This document shows positions 13,771 to 28,360 of a stretch of DNA of 64,000 nt, piece by piece; position 1 is the stretch's first letter, and each line of letters starts with the position of its first letter. Made by a program: the position numbers and the translations under genes. The notes beneath the pieces are model-generated. The model worked only from the letters and a program-made list of their open reading frames with translations. It was not told the DNA's origin and did not search any database. Source of the stretch: Octopus vulgaris (Eukaryota); the NCBI GenBank assembly GCA_951406725.2, contig OX597819.1:69626001-69690000 (forward strand). The letters run 5' to 3'.

Positions 13771-13930
13771 CGATGGGCTTCTTTCAGTTTCCGTCTACCA
13801 AATCCACTCACAAGGCATTAGTCGGCCCGAGGCTATAGTAGAAAACACTTGCCCAAGGTGCCACGCAGAGGCACAGAACCCGGAACCATGTAGTTGGTAA
13901 GCAAGCTACTTACCATATAGCCACTCCTGT
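13183..13930 (-). mobile_element. SINE family A split by a CR1 3' fragment
   Basis: 3' half at 13183-13330 and 5' half at 13768-13930, with a LINE inserted in the internal TA tract. Confidence 0.8.
13385..13705 (-). mobile_element. 3' end of a second CR1-group LINE family
   Basis: Close match to 59420-59740; minus strand encodes ..TGPALFNIVPKEIKEEKDP.. followed by the 3' UTR. Confidence 0.85.
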
Positions 13931-14734
13931 TTATATTTATATTATTATGCACGTATGTATGTATGTATTTATGTATGTATGTATGTAGGTATGCATGAAT
14001 GTATGTATGTATGTTTGCACGTATGCATGTATGTATGTATGTATGTATGTATGTATGTATGTATGCATGAATGTATGTATGTATAATTGATACCTAGCTG
14101 CTGGTCAGTTCTCTCTCTCCCACCCGTTATCACAGTATCATCTGTAGTCAAATACAGACTTGACGAACTTTATAGCTATACATGTCACATCTAAACACGT
14201 CAAAACGCCGTTGGATCAAATTATTGATTTCAAATTTCCACATGCTGACGGCATGCAAACGATTCTGTCGACACGCCGCCTGTGTAAAATTAGGCAAAGA
14301 CAAAAGAGGAAAAGAGAGGAAATAGTCTCCCCAGACATATTGTCTATATTTAAAATGTATCATTTCGATTTATGAAAGATAGAGAGATAAACGAAATTTG
14401 AAGAGGGCGTCGTAGCAGCTACAAGTGTAGTTATATTAATGAAACTGAAAAGTAACAGCTTGCATATCTTATCGCATCAATTTTTAATGAAGAATATTAA
14501 GAAGCCAGTCTTTTTCTCGAGAAAAGTTTCAAAGACGAAAGATAAGTTGCTTATAACAGACATTATTGTCAATCAAACCACCTAAAAATCTACTTTCTCT
14601 TATGCTTTTACTATATTTGTTAAATAAAAGTCGCGGCCATTTAAAAAACAAAATTAGTTCCGTCTAAGTTATGCAAAAAAGGCTGCTGTAACTATGTTGA
14701 TATCAGTCTATCTATCAATCAATCTATCCATCTC

Positions 14735-14814
<80 letters not shown>

Positions 14815-14863
14815 ATGTATGTATATAGACATATATGCATATATATACATATATATATATATG

Positions 14864-14940
<77 letters not shown>

Positions 14941-14990
14941 ATACGTATATATGTGTGTGTGAAAATACACACACACACACACACACACCA

Positions 14991-15031
<41 letters not shown>

Positions 15032-16453
15032 GTGTTTATGTGAGCTTATATAATTGTGTGAGTGTATGTCCATAGGCCTATCCAAACATAAACACAACAC
15101 ACACATGCACACACTTTCTACCATACCTACCTCTAAGTATGTATTTGTGTGTGTGTGTAGAGGGAGAGAGAGAGAGTGGGGAGAATGGTTGATCTTATGG
15201 ACGTATCACAACGAAGGCTGCACTGTGAGTATGAATTAATTCCAGATTAAACTGGTTTCTCTTCTCTACTTTGCTTGATTTACGTTAGATTCGTATGAGA
15301 CTTTATATCTCTCAAGGCGAATAAAATTTAAAAACTAATGATACTGAATCGCTAAATCTTCTTTTAGTATTAATTTTGTGTGTATAGAATGGCACTTTGA
15401 ATATTTATAACTTTCTATCGTAAGTAGATGCAGTACACCGTTTTTGATTTTTTGTTTTTTAAGTTTGTTATTTATTTAGGCTGGTATTTAACAAGTATAG
15501 CGAAAGTATAAAAGACAGAAATTTACTAATTTATACTTCATTGGTTATGAGTAATAGCCGTTGATATAAGAACACGTATGAAAACGTATCTCTTATTTAT
15601 GAAAATTTTCGTATAAGATTCCTGAATAGTAAATAACATTTAAATCATAAACCAAACGAAGACTCGCTTAAACATGTCTGAGGGATAGGTGAACCCGTAA
15701 AAAGCTTTTTGCTGCAGTTTTCCAATGGAAAACATTTCTGTGTTTAGACAAAACGTGTCAAAACAAGGTAGTCAGCACAGAGCGCTTTCTATTAGACTCA
15801 AAAACGCATTTCGAAACCTTTAGTTCTCTTCGTAACCAAATACCGAGGTGAGATGGGTCTAATCTGCTTGGAAAACAGAGTTTCATTTATAAAATCGCTA
15901 AAATTAGTGACTGATGGTGTATATTGGCCGCCATTGTTGTTTTCTAAGATATTTTAACCGATAACACAGAGGAACAATTTTGAAGATTATTCCTTTTTAG
16001 TCTGTTTTTTGCTTGGTTTATACTATCGAGTTAGTTATTCTTTTCGTATATTCTTACTCCCTGAAGAAGCACAATTGTATTTTTGTCCGTAAGTAATAGG
16101 GTAATCAAATGCTTTTATTATTTCATTGATAATTCACTTACGAGCATGTGAGATGCTGCTTCTCTACATTCTAAATAACTCTTGTCTCTTATTCACTAAA
16201 ACATTCGTGATGAGCAAGCCTTTCCGTCGTTTTCTTGCGCTTATAAATCGATATAACATATCTTAAATGTAAATAATATCATTGATACTGATTTCCGTAG
16301 TCTTCTTATTATGTTGATCTGTTACTTTGAAAAATATATAGAGCAAACCTCCTTATCTTTGCTTATTCGAACATTGCGACCTCTGTTGATACTGTGCCAC
16401 CATAGTGAAACAGTACAGAAATTGTGAGGTCTAAATTCAAGTTCACAAATATA

Positions 16454-17011
16454 CACAGACATGCAGGAAATAAATAAACACCTTTTCAAAATCTTTTATT
16501 TTATATCAATTGGTTGAAGGAGAAGTTTTCTTCTAGCTGCTCGTCCATAATACCCAAGCTTATGCAGATATGTAACATATGTACTTGTACTAACGTCTAG
16601 CTGTTTTGCAATGTCAGAAGCCTTCGAACGGCCTTTCATTTTCCACAATTCTCTTCAAACAGCGAAGCTTCCTTTCCGAGGTTCCAGGTCGAGCGGGACG
16701 AGAATCTTTTCCTAGGCTTTTGAATTGCACTATAATTCTATTAACAGTAGCAAGAGGAATTTGAAGATATTCGGCAATTTTTTGCTGGCTAAAACCAGCC
16801 TCAAATTGCTCAACAATACGACCTCTTTGAAAATCTGAGAGTTGTGCTGAATTTTTTTGTGCGTGGCATGGTTACTCTTCGCAAATGTTTAATATAATGG
16901 CATTTGGAATGAAAAAAAATAAGTGCATTCTAAATTATACACCGCTGAGAAAACATTTAGATCAGAAATTTTGAAACTTAAAGGTGTCTAGTTAGTTCTT
17001 ACATGTTTGTG
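16454..17011 (-). mobile_element. Tc1-like non-autonomous element
   Basis: TIRs CACAGACATGCAGGAAATAAATAAACACCTTT / AAAGGTGTCTAGTTAGTTCTTACATGTTTGTG with TA flanks. Minus strand encodes the ..[10 protein letters not shown].. Tc1 HTH start. Confidence 0.85.
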
Positions 17012-17137
17012 TATATTCTACGCTTAAAATCTAAATAGAAAATTCCCGATTGTTCAATCAAGACCATCATACTAACGCACAATATAATGCCGGTGTGTGC
17101 GTATGTTTGTGTATGTGTGTATGTGTGTGTGCGTGTG

Positions 17138-17190
<53 letters not shown>

Positions 17191-17391
17191 ACTAATATGA
17201 TTTACTCAGGGGGCTCGTCGGGCTTTGTCAATAACGTGTTCTCACAGCTGATTACATACCAAAAGAAATGTGTCGTCATCGATGCAGTGAAACAGTGAAT
17301 GAACGTAAACAGAAAAACGCTTAACTCTTTGATCAGCGGACGTCTGACTGATTTCCCTTTGCCCCCAGCATGGCTTTTTATAAATTTTTTT

Positions 17392-17595
17392 ACTTGTTTC
17401 AGTAATTAGACGACGGTCATGCTGGAGGAACGCCTTGAATTTTTAGTTGAAGGAATCGACCACCAGAACTTATTTTTTAAACCTGGTACTTATTCTATCG
17501 GTCTCTTTTGGCGCAAACACACCGACACCAGTTGTCGAGCGCGGTGGTGGCGAGTAAACACAGACACAAATACACACACACATACACATATAGTT

Positions 17596-17647
<52 letters not shown>

Positions 17648-17808
17648 CGGGCTTCTTTCATTTTCCACCTACCAAATCCACTGATAAGGGTTTGGTAGGC
17701 CGAAGGCTATAGTTGAAGACCCTTGCCCAAAGTGAGACGCAGTGGGACTGAATCCTGAACCTTGTGGTTGGAAACAAGCTTTTTACCACAGAGCCACGCC
17801 TGCGCCTG
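17392..17808 (-). mobile_element. SINE family A
   Basis: Full reverse-complement match to family A head and tail. Confidence 0.8.
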
Positions 17809-18097
17809 TGTTATATTTTTAAACACTGCACGACCAATACCGTACTTAATTATCGCAATATATTAAGTATGATACCCATATATACACTCTTCAAAATCCT
17901 GGAATTCCTGTGCCAGAGACCCTGTGGTGGATGCGTTATAATGTGGTACCAAGAAAAAATGAATACATACATACACGCATACTTAGCATACTCTACGATA
18001 AACCAAAATATGAAGATTAATTACCTTAGATTAAGAATTAATACACACACGCAGACACACATACACACACACACACACACACATTTATATATATACA

Positions 18098-18181
<84 letters not shown>

Positions 18182-19339
18182 CATATACATATGTATATAT
18201 ATATATATGTATGGATGGATGTATGTGTGTGGACGTGTGCGTGTCTGTGTTGTATGTGTTTACATATAGATAGATAGAGAGACATATGCATACATGCTTA
18301 CATATATATATATATATATATATATGCATACATACGTGCGCGTGCACACACACACACAGACGTCACACAAATCGATATGTTTCCTTGAGTAATGTCTGGA
18401 CCGAAAGATCCAACCTCATTTACCATATTAATTAGCTGTGAATCAGTATTAATTATTTATAAATCAATTTCACTCTTATCAGAAATATTGTTTTTTACAC
18501 AATTGTCTTTGTTGCTTCTTTGTGATATTCTTGAAGGTCGCTGTTCTGTTCTCTTTTAGGTTTTTTTTTTTCTAAATAAGAAAAACATTATTTTTAACTT
18601 GTCTTTTTGTTCGGATAAAAATTAAAACGTTATCTCGATTTTGCAGACAATTTTGTTCCGTCTGTGATCAGATTATGAAATGTTCATGTGAGTATAAGCA
18701 ACAGTATGTGTATAAATGCACGTGTGTATATATATTTACTTCTGTTGTTTAGCGTGTATGACAGTGATGTTCGTTTTTGCATGCATATCTTTGCTTCTTC
18801 GGTCTTACTGTAGCGTTTGTATTTCTCCATTTTGTTTTTTATGTTTCGTTTCTCTTTCCTGTGTGTATTTCGGCTCTAAATGTTTCGTGGTTGTAATGTT
18901 GAACATATTTATAATTTATTGATTGCATACGCCATGGAAAAGTTTGCGATAATACATAATTATTTAAGGAAGAAAGCTAGGAATAAAGAAAGACTAAGCG
19001 ATCTTTGGAACTGTCATATTCTTCTCTTTAAATTAATTTATCCCTTATTGATGGCGCTAAAATGTCTGAAATATTTCAGACTTGGAACATTTAAAGATTA
19101 TTTATGACAATAAACATTCCTTTTCTTGTTTAATTCCACTTTCCTGCGATGGATGAGTACACAAAGCCGTTATGTGTGTGTATATGTATATATATATATA
19201 TATATATATAGGTGTGTGTGTGAATTTTGTTATTGCGTATATGTATATATATATACACACTCAAATATACATACATATATATATGTATACATACATATAT
19301 TCTGTTAATTAACAAATATTTCACTTATTTTTTCCACAT

Positions 19340-19600
19340 TCGAATATGAAGGATTTCGGTAGAAGTTAATGCGGTTAAAGATAAACAAAATGGAGAACCA
19401 TTACTGAAGCAGCAGAAAAGGCTAAATGCTGGCTATGGATAAAGAGGTCATACCTGTGGTTTACTACTATTGGGATGCAAACAAGCTGAGACTAGATCCA
19501 CCACCGCTAAGGCGAGTGAACGAGGGCGTTTTATGTGAAAAAATTTGAACCCTCCAAGATTCCAGAATTATCACTCATTATGCATCCTTGAAAATTCATG
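19340..19600 (+). mobile_element. 3' remnant of a Hero-like RLE non-LTR retrotransposon
   Basis: ATTACTGAAGCAGCAGAAAAGGCTAAATGCTGGCTATGGATAAAGAGG = ITEAAEKAKCWLWIKR, resembling the C-terminal EAAE.AS.WLW.KR motif of Hero elements. Confidence 0.55.
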
Positions 19601-19681
19601 AGATGTATCGTAGAACACAGCAAGTTTCGGTTTATTTGATTATATGAACTTTATAATTAATTTGATGTTTGGAAATATAGA

Positions 19682-19860
19682 GAGGCGGCTAGTTTGCAGA
19701 GTTGTGAGAACGATGAACTCTATGCTCAACGGTATTTCTTCTGGCTTTTTTTGTTCTGGGTTAAATTCCCGCCGAGGTCAATTTTGCCGATCAAGTACTG
19801 GGATCGATGTAATTTCCTGTTCTCTACCCTCAAAAATCTTGGGCTTGAAGCCTGCAAAAA
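19682..19860 (+). mobile_element. Degenerate SINE family B
   Basis: GAGGCGGC...GGTATTTC...GGGTTAAATTCCCGCCGAGGTC...AAGTACTGGGATCGATGTAAT. Confidence 0.6.
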
Positions 19861-20892
19861 ACCGACGCAATGGGAATCGGGTAAGCAGTCTTATGAGTTA
19901 GCCTTAGGACTCAAGAAAAAGTTTTTTTTAAAAAAACAACGGAAATACCTGGACAACCATTTCTATAACTTACCATTTATACTATAGGTAATCTGAAACC
20001 TACAGAGTCACCACAGTGCATACATCTATCATATTCAATTGTTAATGATAGATTCCTCTGGTGTAAAAAAATTTCCACGATGTAGACAGGGGAAGGTACA
20101 AGTGTGTATATTATAGAGAGAATAAGGGAAAGAGATTCAAACGAACGTCAATGACACGTACACACATACGAACATCAACGATACGTACACACATACGAAT
20201 TTCAATGATACCTACACACATAAAGCCTGACGTTTGTCTGTCCTTGTTTTTCCCCTCTATGTTTAGCCCCTTGTGGACAATAAAGAAATAAGAAAGAAGA
20301 CGAAATGCGAACGATGGTGACAAGCAAGAATATTTAGCACAAGTCAGAATGAGTAACAGACCAGAAGAGAAAAAAAAACATGACCAGAAAATAGGTAAGA
20401 TTTTCCAGAAATTAATATAAGGAGTATGAAGGAAATAACAGGATATTATTACTAAATGAAAATATGTTTATAGCTGAGACTATACCATAAAATGGGACAT
20501 AGAATTTCCCATGGGTTTGCTAGTAATCAGAATCTATTCAGAAGCTGTCAGTATGTATATATACATATTGCTTAGTCTCTTTCACACATATGTATGTATA
20601 GGACATCTTATCTCTGCTTTTCAATGGTATTTTCTCTTCTAGTCTGTTTCCTCATTTTTGCTTGTGTAAAATACTGTTGCCTATCATCACCGTTCATATT
20701 TTTCTTCGGTGATTAACAATTATCAATCTTTGGAAAATTAGCTTCAGCTTCGTCGGTCGTCATACGATACACATATGAATGCTAACGGCCTACGTACGTA
20801 TAAACATAATTACTCACTCCCTTACGCAAACATACATATACATACATACATACATACATACATACATACATACATACATACATACATACATA

Positions 20893-21472
20893 CACAACGG
20901 ACCTGATATAATGATTTGGGATAGAGAAGAGAAACTGTGCACAATTGCGGAAATTAGTTGCCCAGCCGTGGTTAACATAAAGCTGAAGATCAGAGAAAAA
21001 GAGAACACCTACGCTGAACTAGTGAGAAATCTGCAGTTACTCTATCCAGATTACAAGTCCAGGTTTATACCTGTAACTATTGGGGCCCTGGGATATATAA
21101 CACACTTCCGAAATACTAATCTTGAGAAATTAGGCTTCTCAAAACCAGAAAGAAGAAAGCTAATTCGTAGACTACAGATCCAATCCATCACAGGAACTAT
21201 AAAAATCTGTAAAACTTTCCAGAAGTTTAGTATTTAAATGTATCTGAGCATGTCTAGATTTGCAACTATATGCATGACAATAGATGCATAAAACATACAA
21301 ATCTGCACATACATACATACATACATACAGACAGACAGACAGACAGACAGGCACACAAACAAAAAATACCCTGTTGTTGATGTTGAAATTCCATTGAAGG
21401 AGCCTTGGATCTAGGTTAGAAATCGGTTCTTTCTCTTTTGGCAAGAAATCTTGAAATAAACTGAATAATGAC
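20893..21472 (+). mobile_element. 5'-truncated RLE non-LTR retrotransposon inside a (CATA)n array
   Basis: HNGPDIMIWDREEKLCTIAEISCP...K...Y...FIPVTIGALG (PD-(D/E)xK endonuclease), stop at 21237, then 3' UTR. (TACA)n on both sides. Confidence 0.85.
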
Positions 21473-21801
21473 ATACATACATACATACGTACATACGTAC
21501 ATACATACATACATACGTACATACGTACATACATACATACATACATACATACATACATACATACATACGCACAGTTAAGTGTTGTCCTTGTAGGAGTGAA
21601 TGTGTGCAGGTCCCAGTAGCGTTCATTTTAATACTTGTCTCTGCTTATCTGTTTGTCTTTCTATCTCTCTTCCCTTCTCTCTCTCTCTCTCTCTTTTACT
21701 TTCTTAATCACACTTTAGCATCCCGTTTCCACCATTCTATTTTCTCCATGGGAATCTATTGCTCTCGCTTTCGTGCAAAAGTCGTACACATCATGTGTGT
21801 T

Positions 21802-21860
<59 letters not shown>

Positions 21861-21974
21861 GTGTGTGTGTGTATGTGTGTGTGCGCGCGTGTGTGTATAT
21901 GTGTGTGTATGTGTATGTATGTGTGTACACACATACATGCACACACACTTTGTAATTATTGTAGTCGACCGAAG

Positions 21975-22350
21975 GAAGTCCAGTGCTTGTCATTTTTAAA
22001 GCTCGGAACTTAGTCTATCGTAACCGTCTGTTGAAGTAACGGGGACGTAAACACAACACCGGTTGTCAAGCGGTGTTTGGAAACAAACGCAACACGCACA
22101 CCATGACACACACGCACACACATAGGGACACACACGCTTACGCATATATGTGTCTGTGTGTGTGTGTATGTATGTGTGTGTCTGCGTATGTGTTTATAAA
22201 TGTATGTATGTATGTATATATGCGAGGGGATTCTTTCAGTTTCTGTCTAACAATACCAGTTACAAGGCTTTGTCGGCCCGAGGCTATAGTAGGAGACATG
22301 TACCCAAGATGCCAGGCAATGGAATTGAACCCAGAAGTATGTTTGGAAAG
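21975..22350 (-). mobile_element. Degenerate SINE family A
   Basis: GGCTTTGTCGGCCCGAGGCTATAGTAG, ACGGGGACGTAAACAC. Confidence 0.7.
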
Positions 22351-22722
22351 CAAACCGAAATCAACAACAAAGACTGATCCAGAAGGAAGCAATTCAAGAC
22401 ACAATTTCTAAAATGCATTTAAAATTATATTCTTCGTGTCTATAATATTACAGCAAAAATATCATATATTTGAAATTCATTGAAGGTTACAGACGCCCCT
22501 TGTTTACAATCATATTGCATATGGAGTTTGAACATCAATGACTTAGTAAAGCAAAACAGTTTAGCGTTTTCCTTTATATTAAGGCAAATGCGAATTCATA
22601 ACTAAAGCTACCATACCACCTGGGTGTACAAAACGTCGGCATTTCAAACAGCATTTCAAACTACGTATAAGCAATATTTATCTGATTCTCTCATATTTTT
22701 ATCCATTATAAATCTATAATAT

Positions 22723-22782
<60 letters not shown>

Positions 22783-23022
22783 AAAGTATTCTATATATAA
22801 CTATAAATTCATTATGGTATATACCATATATTTATATATATATATATATATACATATAATATATACATATATATAGATAGATAGATCGATACATACATAC
22901 ATTCATGAGAAAGGCAACTAGTTTTATATATATATATATTTATGTGTGTGTGTGTGCTATATTATATATATATATATATATATTATATTATATTATGTAT
23001 ATATATGCCATATTATATTTCA

Positions 23023-23078
<56 letters not shown>

Positions 23079-23817
23079 TATAATATATTATATCAGCAGA
23101 ATATTTAATGTTTTTTTGTATTGTTTACAAACTCACTATATTCGATATCTTCAGCAATATTATTTCTCGAGATAGAAATTCCGTCAGAAATGTTAATATT
23201 GTACAATGCATTGTCCTGATCTCTGTTTGCATTCCTATCGTATGTATAATCAAAAATACGTTGTGCTCTGACAAAGGTCTGTCTCGTGGATGCATTCAGA
23301 TTTAACTTCCATTTAAATTGCGTAATAATAAAAGGCTACGATTTTCATTGAATTCGTTCATATATTTTACGTTATTTACAGCTTTATTTTAGTCTAATGC
23401 GAGGATTTCAAATACAATACTTTAGTATGCCGTTGCTGTTATCGTCTGCGACTGCATATACGTAAAGCCACAGAGATACATATGTACAAATATATATATA
23501 TATATATATATCCATACATACATATGTATATACATATGTGTGTGTGTATCTATGTACATATGAATATAATGGATTTATGCATTTATATAACGCAGTTATG
23601 TTTCCAGTTTTACATAACAGGCATTGTTCACTCTGTGTTCTAAATGTATTTCTGTAGGTTCGAGCATTCCGTACGTCTTCGTAACTTGCACAGAAGCAAA
23701 CTATTCGACATAGAGCAACAGAGACACAAGCACACACACACACACACACACATGTACACACATGTACACACATAAAAACACACACATACACACATACACG
23801 CACATACATATACGTAC

Positions 23818-23878
<61 letters not shown>

Positions 23879-24288
23879 CTCTTAAAAGGGATGTAGCCTT
23901 TTTCTCTACCGAAAAAAACTCCATCAGGGGTACTTGTAACCACTACAATATGTAGCGGCGGCAAGTCAACAGGTTGTTCTGAGACTTAACCTACGAACTT
24001 TTATTTTTGGATATAACGGGGTTACTCAGATGTGCTTGTGTTATTCGTTTCCGCTGTTTTCCATGGGCGCGTGTGAGTATCTCACTTATATTCTCTCGTA
24101 AGCTTAACTGAAGAAGAACAAACACTTAGTGTTGATTCCGAAATTGATTCAATATTAAGATAACGAAATTTAGATGTTCCAAATGTAGAGTTGCCCGCAT
24201 TTCAATTCAACTTTCTGTAGCAAGTAGATTAAACGTGGATTTCAGTATATTGGCTTTAGAAAACTTTCTTTAGCCTTTGCTTATGAGA

Positions 24289-24331
<43 letters not shown>

Positions 24332-24334
<3 letters not shown>

Positions 24335-24460
24335 AGGTACCGCACGAGTAGAAATATATATGAAAGAAAGTTTGAAAATGCAATTTTAAAGATGTTTATT
24401 CACTTGACCGGTTTCACTTTTTTAGAAAAAGATTGTCAAAAGTAAAACGTAAAGCTTTGT
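24332..24460 (-). mobile_element. Penelope-like pLTR remnant
   Basis: Minus strand ...GAAACCGGTCAAGTGAATAAA (minimal hammerhead 3' half plus polyA signal), abutting a TA array. Confidence 0.45.
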
Positions 24461-25762
24461 ATAAGCTTTGTTGTATTAAATACTGGTTGTCACAAAGGTA
24501 TTAAAATACATACATACATTCTATGATAATAATAAGTAAATGTTAAAAACAGTTTATAAGGAAATATCTGACAAAATATTGGACAAAAAGTTCAGTAAAA
24601 GTATTAGTTTATTAAAAATCATGTTTGCTTGGAAGTATCTATATACATACACAAAAAGAGTATTAGGAGTTCAATAAAAATCATGTTTGGTAGTATATAT
24701 ATATATACACAGCAGGAGATATATTTAGGAGTTTACAAAGAATTTGAGATGAACTGACCTGTTTTAACATCTTTTATTTTGTGTGAAGCCAAGGGTTGTT
24801 TGCTATTGTAAGGGACAGTGTGAGAGGTTGGTCGGGGTAGGGGGAGGAAGAGCAATGTGGAATTGAAAGGATTACTTTCTTTCTGGACTAGTCTGTCATG
24901 GTTCAGTGGTTTTTGGGGAGTGGTCTAAGAGGTCAGAATGGTGTGAGTGTGTGTGTCTCTGTGTACGTCTCTATGTGTGCGTGTGTATATAAATGTGTTT
25001 GTGTTTGTGTGTCTTGGGCCGTTTTTACTTGGTCCCAGAGATAAATTGTGGTGTGTGTAAATGTGTGTGTGTGTGTGTGTGTTTTATATTTAGTAGGATG
25101 GTGTGTGTATATGTGTGCACGTTTGTGTGTGTATGTGTGTGATTAATATTTGTTAGGGTGTTGTGTGTGCGCAAGTGTGTGTATGTGCGTGATTGGTATT
25201 TGTCAGGGTGTTGTATGTGCGCATGTGTGTGTATATGTGTTTGTTCGAGTGTTTGCATGTGTGCGTCTGTGTGTGCGCGCGTTTATATTTGTGTGTTTTT
25301 GTGTTGGTGAGGATGTTATGTGTGTGTACGTGAGTGTGTGTGTTGTGTCTGTCTGAGAATGTTTGTGTTTTAATTGTCATTATGGTGTGCGTGTGTGTGT
25401 GTGTGTGTGTGTGTCTACGGTTGGTCACATAGACTGAGCCAATGGCGATTCTTACAATGATGCTAAGTGAAGGAATCCACGAAGATCACCGGTCAGAATC
25501 ACCAAACTCTATTAAAAGAGTAATCGCAACGTTCCCATACAGGTGAAGTCCATGGTTGTGTAATCAGCTAATAGGAGATTCACTATGATTGAAGCCCCTG
25601 AGTAAAATTCATAATGATGGAACTGGATAGCGACAGATTCATGAGGATCTGCAAATATAGGGCAACTGAAAACAGGCATATACAAAGGGAGAGAGATAGA
25701 GAGACAGAGACAGACAGACAGAGACTAACAGACATGCAGACAGATAGAAACACAGACACACA

Positions 25763-25819
<57 letters not shown>

Positions 25820-25852
25820 ACAGATAGATAGATAGAAAGAAAGATAGATAGG

Positions 25853-25922
<70 letters not shown>

Positions 25923-26575
25923 CACAGACAAACAGACAGAGACATATAGAGAAATACTGACTGACAGAAAGATACAGAAGGAGAGAAAGAGTGAGAGAGA
26001 GAAAGAGTAGGAGAGAAAGAGAGAGAGACAGTGACAAACAGACACACATATACAGGAGAGAAAGAGTGAGAGTGAGAAAGAGTAGCAGAGAAAGAGAGAA
26101 AAATACAGTGACAGAAAGAGAGACAGACAGAGATGGAGAGAAAGAGTGAGAGAGTGAAAGGGGTACAAGATACTGCATTTTGCCACGGAGAATATATCAC
26201 ATTTGTTAATAAATGGTGTGTATACCCCGAGATCAGCTCGGTGACTAGAACAGCATAAGAGAGGAAATCTCTTAATTTAGGTCATAGTGTCATCTGCATA
26301 GTGTCTGTGACCGATGAGGAGATAAGTACTCCGAAATATTAACATTAGGTAGATGGGTCTGCGATTTAATTGTCATACACATCATTTGAGTTTGTGTGTG
26401 TTTGTGTATACGACGGGTTTCCATTCATTTTCCATGTACCAAAATCACTAGCAAAGCCTTGGCTGGGGCTACACTAGAAAATACTTGACTCTGATGCTGT
26501 GCAGTGGCAGTGAACTCGAAACAACGTGCCTACAAATTGATCTTCCTAACCAAAGAGCTACGTGTATATGTGTGC

Positions 26576-26613
<38 letters not shown>

Positions 26614-27426
26614 AGGGAGGGGAGAGGCTGATGGAGGAGAGGTGAGAGAGATATGCACATATATCTATACATTCATCTCGACATATATATATAAATGCAT
26701 GTACGTATGTATGTGTGCATGCTTTTAAAGTAGACTGTTGGACGTAGACCTAGTTAAAAAGATCAGACCACTGTCTGTCAAAGACAGTAGAGTGTGACTA
26801 AACGGAAATGAGGTTAATATTTCTTTCAGTTCCTTTAATTATATCGAGGCGTTTTTGTTGATTCTAGATTTCATAGCATGTGTGAGCGCGGTGGTGGAGT
26901 AGACATGTGGGCTTGCTATTGTATACGTGTGTACACTTGTGTGTTTCTGTATATCCGTAATTGCTTTTTATTTTTTATTGTGTACCTGCGCTGTTGAGTA
27001 GCATCAAACGAATATGTTCCAAGCATTTATCAAATGAAAGCGAAAATAAGTACTTGAGGAAACATTTCATAGACGAAAATAAAAGATGGAAGTATATATT
27101 CAAAGTGTCAAATAATATAAGTGAAAAGAATTGTGCAAGAAATTGGAAGCAAACTTTAAAAGTAAGAATCGTATAAATAAATATCCGAGCTTTGATGTTG
27201 TGACCCGTGAAAATGTCTGTGAATATTCGCCGAAGATGAAATGGTTGTCTCGGAAATTGGTGTAGAAGGAAGGAAGCTTAGAGCGCATAATCAACCGGAA
27301 ACAGCAACAAATTATATTATATTTTAATATTGTATGTGTGCATATTTATATATTTGTGTGTGTATGGGTGGGTGTGGGTGTGGGTGGGTGTTTATCTGTG
27401 TGTACGTATATGTCTGTGCGCGCGCG

Positions 27427-27528
27427 AACCGCTAAGTTACGGGGGTCATAAACACACCAGCATCACTTGTAAAGTGATGATGTGAATGGGGGATAAACAC
27501 AGACACACCAACATACAGACACGTGTAC

Positions 27529-27562
<34 letters not shown>

Positions 27563-27705
27563 CACGGGCTTCTTTCAGTTTCTATCTACCAAATCCACAC
27601 AAGGATTTGGTCAGCCCGAGACTATAGTAGAAGACGCTTGTCCCTGGTACTGAACTCGGAACCATGTGGTTAGTAAGCAATCCACTTAGCCACTCCTGCG
27701 CCTGT
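27427..27705 (-). mobile_element. SINE family A
   Basis: GAACCGCTAAGTTACGGGG...GGGCTTCTTTCAGTTTC...AGCCACTCCTGCGCC. Confidence 0.8.
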
Positions 27706-27863
27706 GTGTATATAACATTTATCATTTAAACGTAGCACGTGAATCAGTCACCAATTTCATAACAAAGCTAAATAGCACACAGCGCACACGTACACACACA
27801 CTCACGCAAGACACACACAGAAACACACACACAGACACACAGACACACACACACCTACCCCCC

Positions 27864-27909
<46 letters not shown>

Positions 27910-27910
27910 A

Positions 27911-28240
27911 TGTGCATGGCTCAATGGTTAGAGGGTCGTACTTACGATCATGAGGTTGTGAGTTCGAATCCCGCACTGGGCTGCGTGTTGTGTTCTGGAG
28001 CAAGACACTTTATTTCACATTGCTTCAGTTCACTCAGCTGTATAAATGAGCTGCGACGTCACTGGTGCCAAGCTTCATCTGCTGTTGCGTTTCCCTTGGA
28101 TAACACTGGTGGTGGGGAGAGGGGAGGCCGGTATGCATGGGGGACTGCTGGTCTTCCATAAACAACCTTGCCCAGACTTTTGCCTGGGAGGGTAACTTTC
28201 TAGGTGCAATCCCACGGTCAGTCTTTACCGAAGGGGTCTC
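27911..28240 (+). mobile_element. tRNA-derived SINE, family D
   Basis: A-box TGGCTCAATGG, B-box GAGTTCGAATCC, GAGCAAGACACTTTATTTCAC. Related copies at 47280-47522 and 48210-48345. Confidence 0.85.

Positions 28241-28360
<120 letters not shown>

Noticed and set aside
15242-16050. Possible DNA-transposon remnant
   Set aside because: No TIR pair or coding motif could be established.
20140-20222. Three ~24-bp tandem repeats (ACGAAC.TCAA.GA.AC.TACACACAT)
   Set aside because: A minisatellite without spacers; not CRISPR-like, and the context is eukaryotic.
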